Shown here: piece by piece, positions 7,988 to 16,772 of the stretch
Numbering within the stretch: position 1 is the stretch's first letter
How the letters are laid out: each line of letters begins with the position of its first letter
Translations under genes and position numbers: made by a program
Origin: Acidobacteriota bacterium
GTDB lineage: Bacteria > Acidobacteriota > UBA6911 > RPQK01 > JAJDTT01
NCBI GenBank assembly: GCA_965217775.1
Contig: CBDCJH010000002.1
Span: 5,760,001-5,824,000, forward strand
DNA length: 64,000 nt
Reading direction: 5' to 3'
Notes under the pieces: model-generated
Seen by the model: the letters and a program-made list of their open reading frames with translations, nothing else
The model's database searches: none
What the model was told of the DNA's origin: nothing

Positions 7988-8037
7988 TCGGCGAGTTTGG
8001 GGAGGGGGATTGAAAGGCGCCGGCCAAGTGCCGGGAT

Positions 8038-8202
8038 TCAGAGGAATTCGCAGGCAAGATAGATGATGGCCAAGACCGCGCCCTGAATCCATATGGCCCG
8101 GACAAAATCGCGCCTGAACTTGACTATGTCTGCGCGGAGCGCCTGAAATCCAGTGGATTCAAGGTTCTGCTTGACGGTGTCCGAATCGAATGCAGGACTC
8201 AT
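8038..8202 (-). CDS. Short or degenerate DUF1640 (CCDC90-like) paralog
   Basis: MSPAFDS..V...LESTGF and C-terminal RAIWIQGAVLA resemble the protein at 9894-10310; the central coil is missing. Confidence 0.5.
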   Translation of the reverse strand: MSPAFDSDTVKQNLESTGFQALRADIVKFRRDFVRAIWIQGAVLAIIYLACEFL

Positions 8203-8255
8203 CGGCGCCTCTCTGGGATCTTCGCTGAACTGTCCTCCGACTTCAACACCCTCAA

Positions 8256-8413
8256 CAGTCCGTGGTGAAAGTCGCGCGAGCACCGAGACCGTTCCTGCGC
8301 CCGCCGGACAAGGCGCGATGAGGGAGCATACCGGGAGTATGTGACCGAATCGCAACGCAGTCCGCCGGGATGCAGGGACGGTCGAATGCCGCGACGACTT
8401 TTGCCACGGGCTG
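8256..8413 (+). mobile_element. MITE-like repeat copy 2 (intact, 158 bp, TCAA target duplication)
   Basis: Imperfect terminal inverted repeats CAGTCCGTGGTGAAAGTC / GACTTTTGCCACGGGCTG, flanked by TCAA at 8252-8255 and 8414-8417. Confidence 0.92.
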
Positions 8414-8477
8414 TCAACCGGAGTTCGCCCGAAAGGTGAGGCGGATTCTCCTCAGGGGGTCGACAATGGGAGGTTGA

Positions 8478-8510
8478 CAGTCCGTGGTAAGAGTCCCACG
8501 TAGCACCGAA
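8478..8510 (+). repeat. Degenerate partial left end of the same MITE
   Basis: CAGTCCGTGGTAAGAGTCCCACGTAGCACCGAA resembles CAGTCCGTGGTGAAAGTCCCGCGAGCACCGAG. Confidence 0.6.
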
Positions 8511-8555
8511 AGGGGCGGTGCCCGCAGCGTCGGCCACTACGATTTTCGTCGCATC

Positions 8556-9818
8556 TCAACTCCGACAGAATTGAGACTTTCTCGGTGCCTGGTAGCTCAC
8601 CGACAAGTGGGGTGTCTCAAGGGTCTTCCCGCCTTGGGCGAGTGACCGTACCCCGGCCTCGACCAAACCGGTGGTCAGCAGGGTCCGTTCCGCCGGATAG
8701 GGGGCTGCCCCGGTCAGAACCATCTCCTCCACCTTGGACATCAGGGCTGCGAAATGAACCACGTTGGGCACCGGCGACAGGTAGAACAGTGTGGAGAGAG
8801 GCTCTGAGCGATCCTCGAGGCGCGCGGCAAATGTGAAGTCTTCAACCAGGCCGTTCAGTAGGAGCATCGTCCCCTTCAATCCATCGTTGTATTGGAACCG
8901 GTATGCGACCGGTTCTTTCACCCACTGCCGAATCTGCTCCGGAGTGGGGTATCGGTGATTCATGTTTTCCGGCTGAGTGAGCTTGTGGCTTCGGCAGAGG
9001 CACGACCGGAACAGTTGCGGGTCCCAGCCCCCGCGGTCGAAGGAACCTTTTCCCATGGCATTCCAGACCGGATCGCCCCGTAACGCCTGGAGCCAGACGA
9101 CTCCGGTTTCCCCTCCCCGGCGGCGCTCGGCCATGCACTGAATCGTCTCCAGGGCGTGGATGTCGTAGCTGTCCACGCCGCCCGAGGCCACGCACATCAC
9201 TTCCTCGACCTCGGCGCCATAGGGCATGTCGATGTCCGGCATTCTCCAGGTGACGGGCAAAGATGAGCCGGCCAGAAACGGAAACCCCATCGATCGGGCC
9301 GTGTCGACCATCTCCTTGGCCCAATCCCATCTCCAGGAAAGATGTTTGTCATTGAAGACGGGCACCGTACGCCCATCCTGCTTGAAGACTTCGACCACCT
9401 CCTTGAAGAACTCGTAGCGGGGGTAGAGCTTCTGGCCCAGATCGTTGACCGGGTATCGACCGTGTTCGCCGATCACGAGGACCACGTCGACGGCCAATTT
9501 GTCCCCGCCGCAGCGAAGCGTCTCGGCGATTGTGGGATAGATGGGAAACCCGAACTCTCGTGCGCGGTCGCGGCTCAGGTCATTCTCCGGTTTCTGGTCG
9601 ACGTAGGCTGATACGAGCCTGATGGGGGACTGGTGCCAACGCCCCTCCACGGGATAACCTGCAAGAAACCGTTGACCCGTGTGCCAGGCATGAGAATAGA
9701 GACGCCATTCGGTGGCCACCACGGCCAGCCGCTTCGGTTTTGCGTGGCCTTTTCCAAGGAGAGGAGCGGTCGCCAAGCTGCCCCCGAGGGCGCCGATGAA
9801 GGTGCGTCGGTGGATCAT
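8556..9818 (-). CDS. Tat-exported hypothetical protein, Gfo/Idh/MocA-like fold (copy B)
   Basis: HRRTFI signal; 420 aa, colinear with and highly similar to 5822-7084. Confidence 0.75.
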   Translation of the reverse strand: MIHRRTFIGALGGSLATAPLLGKGHAKPKRLAVVATEWRLYSHAWHTGQRFLAGYPVEGRWHQSPIRLVSAYVDQKPENDLSRDRAREFGFPIYPTIAETLRCGGDKLAVDVVLVIGEHGRYPVNDLGQKLYPRYEFFKEVVEVFKQDGRTVPVFNDKHLSWRWDWAKEMVDTARSMGFPFLAGSSLPVTWRMPDIDMPYGAEVEEVMCVASGGVDSYDIHALETIQCMAERRRGGETGVVWLQALRGDPVWNAMGKGSFDRGGWDPQLFRSCLCRSHKLTQPENMNHRYPTPEQIRQWVKEPVAYRFQYNDGLKGTMLLLNGLVEDFTFAARLEDRSEPLSTLFYLSPVPNVVHFAALMSKVEEMVLTGAAPYPAERTLLTTGLVEAGVRSLAQGGKTLETPHLSVSYQAPRKSQFCRS

Positions 9819-9893
9819 CAGAGATCTCCTTCAGTTCAATCCTGATTCGTTCCTCGAGCGGCACTACCCAAGGGCCGACCGAACGCCGGTCTG

Positions 9894-10310
9894 TCAGAAG
9901 ATTTTGGAGGCGAGGACAATGCCGGCCAGTCCGGCGCCTTGTATCCACAGGGCCCGGAAAAGTTCGCCCCTGTGTTTGCCCATCTCGGCGCGCAATTCCG
10001 CTGCCATGGCCGCGATCTCGGAACGCAACGCGGCCGTATTGGCCGCGATCTCGGAACGCAACGCGGCCGTATTGGCCTCCAGGTCGGAACGCAACGCGGC
10101 CGTATTGGCCGCGATCTCGGAACGCAACGCCGCCGTACTGGCCTCCAGGTCGGAACGCAACGCCGCCACATTCGAGTCCAGATCCCGTTTCGTGGCGGCG
10201 GTATCCCGACTCTCCTGAATGGCGAAAACGATCGCCTCGGCCTGTTTGGTTGCAATTCCGGCGGCTTCAAGTCTGCGGGCGGTGGACAAGGTATCGTATG
10301 GGGTGCTCAT
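9894..10310 (-). CDS. DUF1640/CCDC90-like coiled-coil protein with C-terminal membrane anchor
   Basis: YDTL...RRLEAAG...QAEAIV and ATKRDL motifs, 11-aa coil repeats, hydrophobic tail; GGAGA RBS. Confidence 0.8.
   Translation of the reverse strand: MSTPYDTLSTARRLEAAGIATKQAEAIVFAIQESRDTAATKRDLDSNVAALRSDLEASTAALRSEIAANTAALRSDLEANTAALRSEIAANTAALRSEIAAMAAELRAEMGKHRGELFRALWIQGAGLAGIVLASKIF
10008..10172. repeat. Five in-frame 33-bp tandem repeats within the DUF1640 gene
   Basis: Unit GGCC(GCGATC/TCCAGG)TCGGAACGCAACGCSGCCGTAYT, encoding AALRS(E/D)(I/L)(A/E)ANT. Confidence 0.95.
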
Positions 10311-10634
10311 CTGCGTATCTCCCAAATCATGGCTGAATGGATGACTGACTTCAATGCACATAACGAGTCCCAGGGTGTTTCCATGAATGGCAAGCTATGG
10401 CCTCGTGCAGGAAAGCAGGACTGCGCATTGCCCGGGAGGAACCCGCTCGCCTGCAACCGCGGCGCCGAGTGGGTGTGATTCCGGCGTCCTTCCCCGCCGG
10501 CAGCGGACGATTCCCGGACTGTGGACTCGATAACTTCGACCCTCTACCATTACTGCCCGTGTCAGGAGTCCCCGTGGCATCCCCATCGATGGACTCTGAC
10601 CATGGACCGAGATCGCCGACAAGGAGTACTTCAT

Positions 10635-13600
10635 ATGCCAGGAATTTCATGGACGGAGGAGTCGTTTTCGGGCCTCAGGTGGCGTCTGGCGGGGCCGTTT
10701 CGCGGTGGGCGGGTGGTGGCGGTGGCCGGCCACCCCACCAAGCCCATGGTCTTCTACTTCGGCGCCGTGGCCGGCGGGGTCTGGAAGACGGAAGACGGCG
10801 GCACCTATTGGGAGAACATCTCGGACGGCTTCTTCAACACCTCGTCCATCGGCGCCCTGGCCGTTTCTCCGTCCGACCCCAACGTGATCTATGCCGGGAC
10901 CGGAGAGACGACCATCCGCACCGACGTCTCCTACGGCGACGGAGTGTACCGCTCCACCGACGGGGGAAAGACCTGGGTCCATCTGGGACTCGAGGAGACC
11001 CGTCACATCGGAGAGATCAGAATCCATCCCCAGGACCCGGATCTGGTCTATGTCGCCGCCTTGGGCCATGCCTTCGGTCCCAACCGGGAGCGAGGGGTCT
11101 ATCGCAGCCGGGACGGGGGCGCCAACTGGGAGCATGTGTTGTTTCACAGTCCCCGTGCGGGGGCGGTGGATCTGGCCATGGATGCGACCAATCCCAGGAT
11201 CCTTTTCGCCACTGTCTGGCAGACTCACCGGCACTTCTGGGAACTCTCCAGCGGCGGTCCCGACAGCACCCTCTACCGCTCCAACGACGGAGGAGACACC
11301 TGGACCGACATCGGCGGGAACAAGGGCCTGCCGAAGGGTATTCTGGGAAAGATTGGGATCACCGTCAGCCCGGCCCGGCCCCAACGGGTCTGGGCCATCA
11401 TCGAGGCCGAAAAGGCCGGCGTCTACTGCTCTGACGACGGCGGGGACACCTGGGAGCGGCTCAACAGCTCCCGGGATCTGCTGAACCGTCCCTGGTACTA
11501 CCTTCACATCTTCGCGGATCCGCAGGATCCGGAGACGGTCTGGGTCACGAATCTCAGCACCTGGAAGTCGACCGACGGAGGACGCAACTTCTCCCGGATC
11601 TCCGCCCCCCACGGGGACGACCACGACATGTGGTTCGATCCCGCCAATCCCCAGCGCATGATCCAGGGAAACGACGGGGGCGCCTGCGTCAGCTTCAATG
11701 GCGGGGAGACCTGGTCCACCATCTACAACCAGCCCACGGCCCAGATCTACCGCATCGATCTGGACAACCGGTTCCCCTACCGGATCTACGGAACCCAGCA
11801 GGACAATTCCAGCATCGCGGTTCCCAGCGCCACTGAGCACGGCGCCATTCCATGGGGAATGTGTTATGCCGCCGGCACCGGCGAGAGTGGATACATCGCG
11901 GTGCATCCGGAGAATCCCGATATCGTCTATGTGGGCGCCGTGGGCAGTTCCCCCGGCGGGGGAGCTCCGTTGCAGCGCTACGATCGGAAGACCCGCCAGA
12001 TCCGCCTGGTGACGGTCTGGCCCGATGTGGCTTCCGGCCGGGCTCCGGCCGATCTGAAATACCGGTTCAACTGGACCTACCCCATCCTGTTCTCTCCTCA
12101 CGACCCCGGCCTGTTGTATGCCGCCGGCAATCGGGTCTTCTACACCCGGGACGAGGGGAGCAGTTGGCAGCTCATGAGCCCCGATTTGAGCCGCCGGGAC
12201 CGCTCCAAGCTGGTGGCTTCGGGTGGTCCCCTCACCAAGGACGTCAGCGGCGCCGAGGTCTACGCCACCGTCTCCACCCTGGTCGAGTCGCCACTCACCC
12301 CGGGACTGCTCTGGGCCGGGACCGACGACGGCCTGGTCCATATCACCCGGGACGGCGGCGAAAACTGGAGGGAGATCACGCCCCCCGGGGTGCCCGAGTG
12401 GTCCCTCATCTCCAGAGTGACCGCATCACCTTATGATCCGGCCACCGCCTACGTCGCCGCGACCCGCTACAAACTGGACGACTACGATCCCTACCTCTAC
12501 GTGACCCGGGACTACGGCGAGACTTGGCAGGATCTGGGCCGAGCCTTGCCCAGGGGAGAGATCACGCGGGTGATTCGGGAGGACCCGGTTCGGCGGGGTC
12601 TGCTCTACGTCGGAACCGAGACCGGCATTTTCGTCTCCCTGGATGAGGGGAAGTCCTGGTTCCGCCTTCGGAACAACCTGCCGGTGGCACCCATCTATGA
12701 CCTGGCGGTCAAGGACGGAGATCTGGTAGCAGCCACTCACGGGCGATCCATCTGGATCCTGGATGACGTGACGCCCCTGCGGCAGGCGGCCGCCGGTGAG
12801 ACGGAAGGTCGGGCGGTTCTCTTTCCACCGCGGCCGACGATGCGGATGTGGCTCCAGTGGGGGGCCGCCGGGGGCGACTGGCCGGGCAAGAATTACATGT
12901 TGGGACTGGGTATGGAAGGCACCTATCGCCAGGATCCCACCGAGGAGAACGAACCCCGTCTTCAAGGTCTGGACGTGGGAGAGAACCCGCCCCGGGGCGT
13001 CATCGTCTACTACTACCTGAGCGAGGTGCCTTCCGAGGACCTGCGCCTGACCTTCCTGGACCGGAAGGGAAACAAGATCAAGAGCGTCGCCAGAAAGGAC
13101 GATGGAGACGAGGCGCCGGCCGATGACGACAGTGGCGACTCTTCCAAGAAAGAGCGGTACCTGACGGCCCACGCCGGGATCAACCGCTTCGTTTGGGACC
13201 TGTGCTATCCCGAGGCGGAGAAGTTCGACGGCGACGTCACCACCAAGGGGGCGGACACGTCCTTGATGGCCGCCCCGGGAACCTATCGAGTGGTGCTGGA
13301 GTTGGGGGACCGGAGTTGGACGCACGACTTCCGGCTCACCAAGGATCCCCGGTCGTCCGCCACCCAGGAGGACCTGGAGGCCCAGTTCCAGACCTTGGTC
13401 CGGATCCGGGACAAGGTATCCGAAACCCATGGGATGCTTGGGCAGATCGCTCGAATTCGGGACCAGGTGAAACGATGGATCGAGCGGCTTCAGGAGTCCG
13501 GGCGGAAAGAAGCGGCCCGGGAGGCGGCGAACCAGGCGGATGAACTGAGCCGAAAACTGGATGGGATCGAGTCCCGCCTGGTGACCTTCGGCGCCGAGGG

Positions 13601-13829
13601 AGACTTCGACTGGATCCGGATTCCTGCGGGCCTCAACTACCGGCTCATCTCCTTGATGAGCGTCGTCTCCTCCGCCGATGCGGCGCCGACCCGGCAAGTG
13701 CTTGACGTGTTCGAGCATCTCTCCGCCGAAGCGGATGCAGCCTCGCGAGAATTGGACGCGCTGGTGAATCGCGAGGTGGCCGCCTTCAATCGTCTGGTGG
13801 CGGAAACCGGAATCCCTCCCGTGGGGTGA
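10635..13829 (+). CDS. VPS10/sortilin-like BNR-repeat glycosyl hydrolase-like protein
   Basis: WRLAGPFRGGRV N-terminus, many S.DGG.TW Asp-boxes, HGDDH, YRFNW and ATHGRS motifs; AAGGAG RBS before ATG 10635. Confidence 0.88.
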   Translation: MPGISWTEESFSGLRWRLAGPFRGGRVVAVAGHPTKPMVFYFGAVAGGVWKTEDGGTYWENISDGFFNTSSIGALAVSPSDPNVIYAGTGETTIRTDVSYGDGVYRSTDGGKTWVHLGLEETRHIGEIRIHPQDPDLVYVAALGHAFGPNRERGVYRSRDGGANWEHVLFHSPRAGAVDLAMDATNPRILFATVWQTHRHFWELSSGGPDSTLYRSNDGGDTWTDIGGNKGLPKGILGKIGITVSPARPQRVWAIIEAEKAGVYCSDDGGDTWERLNSSRDLLNRPWYYLHIFADPQDPETVWVTNLSTWKSTDGGRNFSRISAPHGDDHDMWFDPANPQRMIQGNDGGACVSFNGGETWSTIYNQPTAQIYRIDLDNRFPYRIYGTQQDNSSIAVPSATEHGAIPWGMCYAAGTGESGYIAVHPENPDIVYVGAVGSSPGGGAPLQRYDRKTRQIRLVTVWPDVASGRAPADLKYRFNWTYPILFSPHDPGLLYAAGNRVFYTRDEGSSWQLMSPDLSRRDRSKLVASGGPLTKDVSGAEVYATVSTLVESPLTPGLLWAGTDDGLVHITRDGGENWREITPPGVPEWSLISRVTASPYDPATAYVAATRYKLDDYDPYLYVTRDYGETWQDLGRALPRGEITRVIREDPVRRGLLYVGTETGIFVSLDEGKSWFRLRNNLPVAPIYDLAVKDGDLVAATHGRSIWILDDVTPLRQAAAGETEGRAVLFPPRPTMRMWLQWGAAGGDWPGKNYMLGLGMEGTYRQDPTEENEPRLQGLDVGENPPRGVIVYYYLSEVPSEDLRLTFLDRKGNKIKSVARKDDGDEAPADDDSGDSSKKERYLTAHAGINRFVWDLCYPEAEKFDGDVTTKGADTSLMAAPGTYRVVLELGDRSWTHDFRLTKDPRSSATQEDLEAQFQTLVRIRDKVSETHGMLGQIARIRDQVKRWIERLQESGRKEAAREAANQADELSRKLDGIESRLVTFGAEGDFDWIRIPAGLNYRLISLMSVVSSADAAPTRQVLDVFEHLSAEADAASRELDALVNREVAAFNRLVAETGIPPVG

Positions 13830-13856
13830 CTTCCGGGCTGCCGTGACTGCCAGCCG

Positions 13857-16160
13857 TCAGTTTCTCTTTTCCGGCCAGTTCAGGTGTTTGTGCAGGAAGG
13901 AGAAGGTGCCCTTGCCGTTGATGGTGTGGGGTCCCACGAACCACTCGATCTCGACCCGGTCGGACAGCCCCAGGCGCGCTTGGTACAGGTGGCGCACCTT
14001 GGCGAATTCATACCCCACCATCTCGTCGGGCGCCACCCCGTCGAAATGCCCCCGCTCCACCATGAAGGGCCGGGGCGCGATCAGGGCCGCCATCTCGGCG
14101 TAGTTGAAGGTGCTGCCCAGGTCGAACTCGAAGATTTCGTACTCGCCGTGGAAGACGTAGCTGTACTTGGCTCGGGACGAGGCGTTCTTCCAGACCCACT
14201 CGTTGAAGTCGGCCGAGCAGATGGAGAGGGCGTAGTCGGTCAACAGGGCGGGGACCCGCATGGCCGTCTTCCCTCCATAACTGAGGCCGTAGAAGCCGAT
14301 CCGGCCGGGGTCCACCCAGGGGAGGGTCTTGAGCCAGTCCAGGATCTGCTGATGTTGGACCGCGATGATGGAGAAGAGGGACTTCTTTAGCGGATTCGCT
14401 TTCCTTTGCAGGGTGCGGAAGCGGTCCCGGAAGATGTAGAGATTCTGGGGCGCGAAGGTGATGAAGCCCCGCTCGGCCAGCTTGGCCGTGAAGTCGTGAT
14501 AGGCCCTGTGGTCGCCGCGGATGGTTTCCTGAGGCCGGCCTTCCAGGCCATGTTGGCAGACCACCACGGGCCGCCGCTCACCGGAGACCAGGTCCTTGGG
14601 AAGCAGCAGGATCCCGTAGGCGATGACGTCGGGATAGACCTCCAGCACCACCTCGTGTCCGGTCCATTCGGGTGCGTCGTAGATCTGGCGGCTGCGGGGA
14701 TTGGGCGGCAGGCGTTCCTCGTGGAACCAGCCGATGACCTCGTCCCGGAAGATCCGGCGGTAGTCCCGGGTGCTCTTCCGATAGGCTTCCAGCGACGTCG
14801 TGTCCAGCTTCTCCATGAAGGTTTGACGGACGTAAGGGCTCTCCGAGAGCAGCCACTGGTTATGCCGGTCCATTTCGCCGACCTGGCGCTCCATTCGAAC
14901 CCCGGGATCGAAGGAGTCCGGCACGAAGGAAGGCGAGGGACCGGAGGGAGCGAGTTCACATGAAAGGGCCCCGAGCAGAGCCGTCAGGGCCGGGTCGCTG
15001 CCCGGGGGACCGGTGCCCTGAGAGCCACTGGTCACCAGTTGGATCCGGGTCGCCGTATTCAGGCTGGCCACGAGTGCCTGCGCCCGTTCGACCTCTTGGC
15101 GGACCGTTTCGAGTGGGGGCGTGACCAGACGCGCCGGAGCTCCCCCTTTTCCGGGAAGCTCCAACTCGGGCCCCCGGGCCGCTTCGAGAATCAAGGAGCG
15201 GGGTGCGATCATCGAGGCCAGTTCCGCATCGCCGAACTGCTCCAGCAGCCCGAATACGTTGCGGTCGATGGGCTGTTTCCAGATGTTCCGCCGGTCGCTG
15301 AAATACCCGCTGACCAGGGCGGCGTCGATTCGAGTGTCCAGAGCGGCCGCGTAGAGAGCCAGCCCTGCTCCCTCGCCGTGACCGGCGATTCCGATGCGCG
15401 GGTCTCCATTTGCGGCGTCCTGCGAGAGCCAATCCACCAGGGCCAGAATCTTCTGGATCTCGTAACCCAGCAGGTGGCGCCCCAGTTCGAAGGCGGACCG
15501 GTAGATGAACTCCCGATGGGTCAAGATGGGACGTCCGATCCGCTTCTTCATTTCCCGGCTGATGAGGGTCGGCACCACCACCCGGCAGCCGCTCTCGGCC
15601 AAGCGGCGCGCGAACTGCGATGCGGGGGGAACTCCCGGGACCAGGCCGGCGACCTGCTCCGGGGTCTGGTCCGCATCGGGGACGGCGATGACGTCGGCGG
15701 CCGGCCGGCCCTTACGGGGAACCAGGAGCAGCCCTTCTCCGTGCATCTGACGGATGGAGGGCCAGCGGATGGAGAACACGTCGTAGGAGTCGGTCCCGCC
15801 GATGCGCGCCGATTGCCGGATCGTGGCCAGCAGCTCCGGACTCGAAAAGGGGACTCGAGGATCCCGGACTCCCAGGATATGGGCCAGCCGCTTCCGGTTC
15901 GGTTCCAGGGATCGGCTGTAGTCCTCGGCGGATGAGAAGTCGCGTTTCCAGTGGCGCGCCCGGTCCCGGCGGGATTGCTCCAACTTGTCCAGAAGGAAAC
16001 GGTCGGCGCCGGCCACCAGGTGGGAAGCGATGTCTCCCGTCATCTCCAAGGGGAGAGTCCGGCGCGAAAGCTCTGAAGCAGGCTGTCCAAAGGCCGTCCG
16101 GCCGTCCGCCCAAGCCGCCAGCAGGACTCCTGCCAGAATCAGAAGGGGAGAAAATCTCAC
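13857..16160 (-). CDS. Exported tandem alpha/beta hydrolase (dienelactone hydrolase/acetylxylan esterase-like)
   Basis: Two hydrolase domains; VVCQHG and GLSYGG nucleophile elbow; signal peptide after GTG at 16160 (start uncertain). Confidence 0.8.
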   Translation of the reverse strand: MRFSPLLILAGVLLAAWADGRTAFGQPASELSRRTLPLEMTGDIASHLVAGADRFLLDKLEQSRRDRARHWKRDFSSAEDYSRSLEPNRKRLAHILGVRDPRVPFSSPELLATIRQSARIGGTDSYDVFSIRWPSIRQMHGEGLLLVPRKGRPAADVIAVPDADQTPEQVAGLVPGVPPASQFARRLAESGCRVVVPTLISREMKKRIGRPILTHREFIYRSAFELGRHLLGYEIQKILALVDWLSQDAANGDPRIGIAGHGEGAGLALYAAALDTRIDAALVSGYFSDRRNIWKQPIDRNVFGLLEQFGDAELASMIAPRSLILEAARGPELELPGKGGAPARLVTPPLETVRQEVERAQALVASLNTATRIQLVTSGSQGTGPPGSDPALTALLGALSCELAPSGPSPSFVPDSFDPGVRMERQVGEMDRHNQWLLSESPYVRQTFMEKLDTTSLEAYRKSTRDYRRIFRDEVIGWFHEERLPPNPRSRQIYDAPEWTGHEVVLEVYPDVIAYGILLLPKDLVSGERRPVVVCQHGLEGRPQETIRGDHRAYHDFTAKLAERGFITFAPQNLYIFRDRFRTLQRKANPLKKSLFSIIAVQHQQILDWLKTLPWVDPGRIGFYGLSYGGKTAMRVPALLTDYALSICSADFNEWVWKNASSRAKYSYVFHGEYEIFEFDLGSTFNYAEMAALIAPRPFMVERGHFDGVAPDEMVGYEFAKVRHLYQARLGLSDRVEIEWFVGPHTINGKGTFSFLHKHLNWPEKRN

Positions 16161-16213
16161 TTTCAGGACCCTACTGAAGTGGCCGCCGGTTTGCAATTCC
16201 TGGTGGCTGTCGG

Positions 16214-16570
16214 TCACGGCCAGAGGGGATAGCCTTGCATTCGGGCCGAGACCCAAGCCGCCACGGCGCCTGCCGACAGGTAACCCGCCACTCCCGCCAG
16301 CAGTCCGGCCCAGAGGCGGGACCGGAGCCTGAGACCCCACCAGGCGCCGGCAATCGCTCCGGCGGTCATCCCTGCAAAGGGGACGTAGAATCCGAGCTTC
16401 CCCTGGCTGCACCAGGGGCACCAGGGTCCCTGGAGGTTGTGCACGTTGCAGTAGGCCATTCCATCCAGGAAGGTGCACCCGCACCCGAAGAGCAGCCCGC
16501 AGTAGGCGGTGACGGTGGCCGCCTCCAGGACCAGCAGAAGCCCAACGCAGATCCATAGCCGTGCCTGCAT
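16214..16570 (-). CDS. Small Cys-rich membrane protein
   Basis: Three hydrophobic segments and a CGLLFGCGC...CNVH...CPWC loop; co-directional with the hydrolase. Confidence 0.6.
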   Translation of the reverse strand: MQARLWICVGLLLVLEAATVTAYCGLLFGCGCTFLDGMAYCNVHNLQGPWCPWCSQGKLGFYVPFAGMTAGAIAGAWWGLRLRSRLWAGLLAGVAGYLSAGAVAAWVSARMQGYPLWP

Positions 16571-16772
16571 ATTTGTAAACCAGTCTACACCGCCACCCTC
16601 ATCCCGGCTGTTGAGTAAATGCCGCAACGGGTCGCGCCAGGGTGATCGGCGACAATGATCCCGCTGGGCGGGGTGTGTCGTCGCCGGCGGGAGTTACGGT
16701 CATTTGAACTGTCTCCAGCCCAGCGCATAGTATGGAAGCGTTTTTCACTTGCGGAACGAGAGGAACAGGTCC

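Noticed and set aside
8418-8460. GGAG...CCGAAAGG...CTCAGG as a glycine riboswitch
   Set aside because: Only a loose motif resemblance, no convincing stems, and it points away from any downstream gene. An Rfam scan would be needed.
10008-10172. 33-bp repeats as a CRISPR array
   Set aside because: Units are contiguous with no unique spacers, lie in frame inside a coiled-coil gene, and no cas genes are present.
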